Of a stretch of DNA of 64,000 bases, positions 55,515-64,000 are shown one piece after another; the first letter of the stretch is position 1, and each line of letters opens with the position of its first letter. Origin of the DNA: the human T2T-CHM13v2.0 reference genome, Homo sapiens. The DNA is taken from NCBI RefSeq assembly GCF_009914755.1, contig NC_060945.1, one strand, 5' to 3'. The notes beneath the pieces were generated by a model. It was not told the origin of the DNA and made no database searches. It saw only the letters and a program-made list of their open reading frames with translations. A program made the translations under genes and the position numbers.

Positions 55515-57060
55515 TCTAATTTTTAATTTAATTTTTAATCTTGTAGTAAAGTATTACATTCCTCTGTAAAAGTATAAAAATAATACATTTTTAGCTCAGC
55601 CATTTTTCATAAAGAAAACTCACCTATGTAACTGTCATCCACATTAAAAATAGAATGCTATTAACAACCAGAACACCCAAGTTCCCTCTCAATCACTCTA
55701 GCCCTTGACTAGCATCCACTATTCTGTCTTTCAAAATACCACGTTGGTTTGCTTGTCTTAAAACTATGTAAATAGAATTATACAGTAGTTTTCGTTTCAT
55801 TTCTTACTTCCATGAGGTGAAGTCTCAAGATCTGTACATTGTTATTTCATGTAGAAATAATTTGTTAATTTACATTACTGCATATTAATTTTTATGAATT
55901 AATATATCCATTAGTGATGAATATTTGATATCTACGATTTTATAGCTTTTATGAATATTGATTTTATGAACATTCATATGCATGTATTGTGGTAAACATA
56001 CATACTCATTTCTTTGAGTATGTACCTAGAAAGTGGAATTCCTGAGTCCTTCAGTATGATTTTAAAGAAATTGCCAGTTTTTAAAAGAGGTTTTAACCAA
56101 TTTTTTTCTTCCATCAATACTGTATGAGTGTTCCAGTGGCTTCATAGCCTCCTTAATTTTAGTTTTTTTTTTTTCATTTTAGTCATTCTGGTGGTTGTGA
56201 AATGATCATTCATGGTGGAGGCTAATGAATTTGGCTATTTTTTAATATGCATATGAAGTATTTTGCTATCTTCTTCTTAAAATGACTTATTAAGTTTTTT
56301 TCTCTTTGTCTTTTGGGTTGCCTGTATTTTTCCTCAATGAATATAAGAGTTCTTTCTACAATGTGAGTGTTGAGACTTCATAGGTAATGTATAATATAAA
56401 TATGTTCTCCTATTTAGTGGCTTGCTTTTAACTCAATGGTATCTTTTCATAATCAGAAGTTCTTAATCTTAATGAAATCCACTATATCTATTTGTAATTT
56501 TATGAATAGTGATTTCGTGTCTAGTTTTTAAAATTATTGCCTATCTGAAAGCCAGGAAAATATTGTCTTATATTTTTCTCAAAAATCTTGCTTTATTTAC
56601 TTTTCACCTTTAGGTGAATAACCCACTTGGAACTGACATTTCTTTATGTGAGTTGGAGTATCATCTCATTTTTTTTCCATAAGACTATCCAATTAATCCT
56701 TTTTATATAGCTCTACAGTACCATCTTGGTCATGAATCAATTTGTGATATATGTGTAAATCTGTTGGTGGATTCTATTCTGCTTCATTAGACTATGAATA
56801 TGCCAATACCACACTGCCTTGATTATTTGGCTTTATAAACCTCAATGTCTGAGTTTCCTCAAATTTTCTTTCTTAACCTTTCTTTATTAGTCTTAGAATT
56901 GATTATTATTGGCCAATTGTATTTCCATGTAAATTTTATAATCAGGTTATCAATTTTTACAAAAAACCTATTGGAGTTTTTATTAAGGTTTAATTAAAAA
57001 TGTGAATCTGTTTTTGGTGAATGGACTTCTTTGCAATGTACATGATATATTCTATGTTTA
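55515..57060 (-). mobile_element. old L1M 3' UTR plus ORF2 remnant
   Basis: TACCTAGAAAGTGGAATT..GCCAATACCACACTGCCTTGATTA. Confidence 0.75.
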
Positions 57061-58486
57061 ATTATTCTGCAATTTTTGAAACTAAATTACTTCATCACAT
57101 TCTGAAGAGGAAGTCCCCATAGGAGTTTAAATTTCAAATTACCTTACCTAAATTAGAGACCTTAAAAATATATTGCAAATGAATATACATGAGAGATTGG
57201 GCTTTCAGGAATCAGGACTATCATACAAGTAGAAAGGCTTTTGCATTCTATTTCATAGTTTATATGAGAAATATTTGGAAGCTCACATAAACATGTAAAA
57301 TTCTTTTCCAGTTCTATTGTTTAGTTTTATTCTTATCTTTGATTTAATAAGTACATTAATTGTCAATCAACCACCAGGATTCCAAAGAGATATTGAGAGA
57401 AGACAGAATATAGGAAAACCATTCAGCTACTTTCCATTGTAGTGGGCCCTACTTTTTATTAAACTGTGTAATTGAACCGTATATGGAGACAAAGGCAAAG
57501 TTAGTTATGTCAGAATACAGAGTAATCTGTAACACGTTAAAAAAGAAAAAAGGTAACTAATAAAGTTTTTGAAAACTGAAACTCCTCTATTCAGTCCAAA
57601 TCATAGTCTCAAGATTTGAGGACAATATTTCATGTCAACAGATTACACAAAAGATCTCTGGTATAGTAGACTATAAAAAAACAGCCAAGCAAGCCAGTTG
57701 TAAAAAACTGGCCTTTTCTGAAAACTAGTATATTCTCTTTATCTGTTTCATAATGTATTTTTAATAATATTTTCATTGTACTTATTTCTTGACAAAGTCT
57801 GATAATATATGCATAAATCATCTGTTATTGAAATTGGGTATTCTAATTCAACATATCAACCAAAATTGCATCTTTCCTTTTGCTAGGATAAATTGGGCTA
57901 AAGAGATCATTTTTAGGTCAAATTTTCACTTGAAAGGGAATCAAATGTACTTTCTAATTATATTTAACATTTTTTTACTTACTTTATTTAGTTCGTCAGA
58001 TAAATTAGATATCTGCAGGCCAGCTATGAACAGACAAGAAGAACAACGTTGCTCTCTTTCTAAATGATATTATTTCTTTTATCTCAACCATGAATGTCCA
58101 TTGTGAACAATAAAGCCTATTATTAACTGAGGAAATATTTTAAGATCGAATACAGTAAAATGAGCATTGTTGAATTTGGACAACATAATCATGCAGGTAA
58201 ATGTATGATACCTAATAATCTTATTCAGTCTCTGAACTTGCTCAGCTATTTAGGGGAACATTTTATATTTCTGTATCTTAATTGGCTTACCAAAAAGGCA
58301 GATTTTTTCAAAATTAGGTCTTACATTAAAAATACACAAATGGATTTTTCTTAATGTGGTTTCTGTTACTAATATACACTTTAAATATTTTAGATAAAAA
58401 AAGGTCTCTTCCATGCTTTTTGGAACAAAATATTGGGTCTCAGTTATATACTTATTAAACTACTTAGATTAAAATTTCTTTTTTGA

Positions 58487-58966
<480 letters not shown>

Positions 58967-59427
58967 TTAAGCACTTTTTCTCAGGCCTGAAAAATGAACG
59001 TATAGCTATAAATCAACACGGCATAGAGGAAATAGCAGCAAACAGGGAACCAGAGGATGTGCTGTTTGGTCTAGAGCTGCCACTCCTCACAGTAGATTGT
59101 GGACACGGTGCTTAACCTCCCTGAGGAGGCCATGTTTGAGCGGAGTATTGACTGACAAAGCGGAGACAGCGAAGGTCTGTGTAAGATGCTGAGGAACTAC
59201 ATCCCCTGCCTTCTGTTCCCTTCATGGCTACGTCCATGGGATGTATAGGATGTGTAGTTTTTATGCTTCATTGAATTATTAATATGCTGCTTCTTTTTTA
59301 AATACACCCGTTCAATTCTCAGAACATGATATTATAAATAAAAGATATTGGGGTCAAATTTAGAGACTTTGAGTTATTAATCGGGTTAAAAAACAGTACT
59401 TCAAAATTTTGTCTTACTATACACTGT

Positions 59428-59514
59428 ATTTCTTTTCTTCTTTTTATTTTGAGTTCTGGGATATATGTGCAGAACGCGCAGGTTTGTTACATAGGTATAA
59501 ATGTGCCATGGTGT
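59428..59514 (-). mobile_element. very short L1PA 3' end
   Basis: GTTCTGGGATATATGTGCAGAACGCGCAGGTTTGTTACATAGG. Confidence 0.8.
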
Positions 59515-60978
59515 GATAGTACGACACTACAACATTTTGTTTACTTTAAATGAAAGTTGTACATAAGCTATCCAGTGTTTGAAGAAAATTCCTATTTCTA
59601 TATCTCAGAAATCTCATAATAAATCTTATCCTTGTACACAGCATCATCAGTATAAGGGTTTGCTTACCTAAAGATTCATATATTTCTTTCTCCTTGATAA
59701 TCTTGAATTCTCTGAATAACCATGAAAATATGGCATTGAGACATTTAAGGCCTGCCTCTGAAAATATCATCTTCTTGAGGACAGAATTTTTTGAGAAATA
59801 ATAGCTTATTTACCAAATGGAAAATTTTCACTTTTATTCATCAAACATGTACGTTAGAAAACTATTAGAAGAATGCAAAGAAGAGTGAATAGATTATGTA
59901 ATTTTATTTAGTGTGCATTTGTAAATTCTATCAATTTTTAAAAATTAATTGAAAGTGTAAAATAACGTAACGATCTTAAAATTTAGGTTCTCTTGTACTT
60001 AGGAAAACCTAATGCTATTCCAAGTTTTTAAAACGCTAATTGAAATTTGTGGCTTTTTCTTTTCCTCCACCTAAAAATCCCATTGAATCTGATGACCCAG
60101 CCTAGATTTGCTTGTCAAGAAACTGATAATTTTTAATTTTTGTGAGATTAACGAGTAATAGCAGAAAACGTATTTATACAGTTGTATGATGAGATATACC
60201 AGCTTATAAATAGTTAATTTTTTTATTCACTAAGAAAAATATTGTTTTCCTATATTCAGAATAGTGGAAATACATAATATTAAAGTTATAATTTTAACTA
60301 CATTGTAAAAGGTACAGTAATTACATTTGCCAAAAGGTAAAAGTGGCTTCGAGAACATTTGTGCAATTCAAGATTTTCAATTCTATTAGCTGTATTGAAA
60401 GTTCTCTCAAATCACAAAGCAGAAATTACAAAATTGGCAGAATGACTTTGATTAGGTCAAGTACTTTGTAGATGGGGAAAGATTATAGTGATAAATCCTT
60501 TTGAAATAGAACAACCTATTCAGTTTTACTTTCAACAAGCCCTTCTTACATCTCACACGATGATGAACTACAGAAATAAAAAGGTAAATGATGTTAAGAC
60601 CTTTGCTCTCAAAAGAAAATAACAAAAACAAAACCTAGAGCCCTTTCTAAGGTTAAAATCAGCTGTCTTTTTACAGAATTCATTTTGGATTTTCATTCTG
60701 AAGACTTCCAACCAATAGGGTAGCCTTTGCCAGAAATTCATTATGGTTGTATACATAAATATTATTTATATGAGCCAACTGTACTGTGATCAATTTTAGT
60801 AAATTATTTACATACTTTCAATGTTTATGTTTAATTGAAATATGCCAATGCTTTTAGAGTTTGTTAAATTCATAAAAATGTATGCATGTATACAAGGGAA
60901 CTTGACTATATCTTATTAATTTAATGAAGTTTGATATAAGGCAGACGTATTTTTGACGCTAGTCAAAAAGTGTTAGTT

Positions 60979-61288
<310 letters not shown>

Positions 61289-62147
61289 TTACAGAATTAA
61301 TAAAACTCCATATATTACATATTATATTGCACATGTGTATTTTTAAAAATAACTTGAAGTTCCTTTGAAAGCACAATTTTGTTTTAAATGCATTTTGGAA
61401 AATGCACACTGGGATGACACTCCAATCATTTTAATGAAATTTTTATTTTTAAAATAAAAAATATGTGTTGAATCTTGACTAGATCAATATTCACTGTATA
61501 AAAAAAATAAATTAAAGTGGCTATATTATGGACCCAAATAAAAAAGGTTAATTTGAAACAGATTTTGACCTGCATATTGGTACCACCACATGAGCCAAAA
61601 GCACAACACCAAGGCACAGCTCACTATTTTATTTTTTTCTCAATGTAACAAGATTTTAAAAAATAATAAAAAGATGGAAGGAACTAGAGTAAGAGTGGGA
61701 GAATCCCTTTTTAGTCCAGTAGGATTTGGTCTGGCATGCAAAATATTTCAATTGCTTATGGTAGATAGCAATTCAAATATTTGACTATAGGAGTTATTTA
61801 CTTAAAGATTGTGAAGAAAAAAATGCAAAACCCACTCCAAATTTTACTGATCTACAGCCTGGAACTTCTCACACACTTTAATTTTCAAAAGAACATATCA
61901 ACCCCACATCTCAGAGTCAACAATAGGTATCTTTATCATGAATGGCATTAAAAGGGATGATTTTTTTGTGTGTGATCTCATTATGAACTCTGTCGTTTGA
62001 GGACAGCCTCTTCATTTCTTGGAATGTATAACATGGGCAACCAGCATTTGGGATGCATGCACTCCCACCATCTCTGTTTTATATATATATATCTTAATCA
62101 CTGCAACATTCTAATTCAGGCCATGTTGATTTAAGGATAAAACTAGA

Positions 62148-62470
<323 letters not shown>

Positions 62471-62582
62471 CTATATGGAAATGTAGTGGGTTTTGAAAGA
62501 TTCCAATAATAAGTACAAATATGGAATTATCTATAGAAAAACAAATGCTGAATGCAATACTATGTTAATAGTAGTTATTCAT

Positions 62583-62956
62583 TGATATGGTTTGCATTTG
62601 TGTCATCCCCCAAATCTCATGTCAGATTGTAATCCCCAGTGTTGGAGGAGAAGCCTGGTGGGAGGTGATTGGATTATGGGGGTGGATTTCCCTCTTGCTG
62701 TTCTCATGATAGCGAGTAAGTTCTTGGGAGATCTGGTTGGTAAACTCCCCTCTTCTCTCTCTCTTCCTCCTGCTCTGGCCATGTAAGACGTGCCTGCTTC
62801 TCCTTTGCCTTCTGCCATGGTTGTGAGTTTCCTGAGGCCTCTCCAGCCGTGCTTCCTGTAGAGCTTGTGAAACCATGAGTTAACTAAACCTCTTTTCTTC
62901 ATGAATTACTCAGTCTCAGGTAGTTCTTCATAACAGTGCAAGAATGGACTAATACA
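62583..62956 (+). mobile_element. MSTA solo LTR
   Basis: TGATATGGTTTG...GGACTAATACA; perfect TSD TTCAT. Confidence 0.9.
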
Positions 62957-64000
62957 TTCATTATAAAGGAAATATCCAAGAGCCAAATGGAAGCAGACTA
63001 CCAAGTAAACTGAGGTGGCAGGTTTGTGATAGCAACCAAAAAAAAAAATAACCCAACAACCTATAGTAACCAAGCTTTCCATGGAGAAATGGAGAACGAA
63101 TAACACTGAAATATGTGTGTGCTGAACACTGGTCTTTGCCACTTCTATTGGTTGACAGGACAGATCACCCCAACTCTTTCTGTATATTGCTCTTTATAAG
63201 CCTTCACAACAACAAAAGTCTGAACACGCTCATAATATAAACTAGTCTGGGATTTCCATGAGCTAAAGATTTGAAAGATTATTAAATATAGCTGTGCTTT
63301 TATTTATGAGCAGCTCTTGGCCCTCTTTTTCCCCTACCATCCAAAACCTCTAATAGGAAAAAGAAAATTACATATTTCATGTCATGTTTTCATTTACAGA
63401 TAACAATCACTAGATTTGCCCCAAGAATATACATCTAGCTTGCATTTTCGTGATTTATAAAAGCCTCATGGATTTTTTTTTTGACTAGAGCTATGTCACT
63501 GATATTAAAATTGGCAGTCTTAAAGGGATTTCTTTTATTTGACAAAACATATTGTGCTCAAGGTTAATAATACATTTCAGCAATGTACATAGTGCTCTTG
63601 GCAGACATGTGCTCCGTTTCATCATTTTGATAGGCAGATCCTTCATCATTTGATAGGCAGATTCTTCTTCATAATAAGTAAAATCCTGCCAAAAGTTAAT
63701 GCTCTGAATTGCTTTAAAATTCATTTTAATGTAAATTTGGATAGAACACTCCTTTCTTGCTATCAGACTAGCAAGTCAGTGTAAGAAAACTGGTTGGCCG
63801 GAAAGGAAGTTGGTAATTTTAATAGGAAACTCATTACAAAACAGTAAGTGGGATAAAATCGCACTTCCATGTTTGTTGGGAAAATCTGAAAAGTTTTGTT
63901 GCTTATGGGGAGAGAGAAAAAAGACTACTGAGAAGATTATGTCTAAAACCAAATTCCAAGCCACCTTTTATCAATAAAAACATAATACTAAATGTTGATA

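Overview
AT-rich primate (human-like) genomic DNA, intronic or intergenic and dominated by interspersed repeats. I found no recognisable protein-coding gene; the listed ORFs that I could assign are translations of Alu, L1, MaLR or microsatellite sequence, and the rest look like chance ORFs. Main content: about 17 Alu/FLAM copies; a near-full-length old L1 (11.3-21.9 kb, minus strand) that carries two THE1A proviruses, an MST/THE1 solo LTR and an AluJ; a THE1D provirus; many solo LTRs (THE1C, MST, MLT1, MLT2A, MER52, LTR16-like); hAT fossils; and a nested repeat stack at 44-50 kb. Most notable signals: a 33-nt 3'-truncated U2 snRNA retrocopy with a target-site duplication (TSD); a pri-miRNA-like hairpin with an 18-bp perfect stem at 52.7 kb; a 6-nt candidate microexon with UGC motifs at 30.33 kb; an Alu-tail (TTTTA)n tract of 31 pentamers; and a templated-insertion junction at 11.1 kb. 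Repeat subfamily names come from recalled consensus sequences, not a database search. No new biological system is demonstrated; the top findings are candidates.
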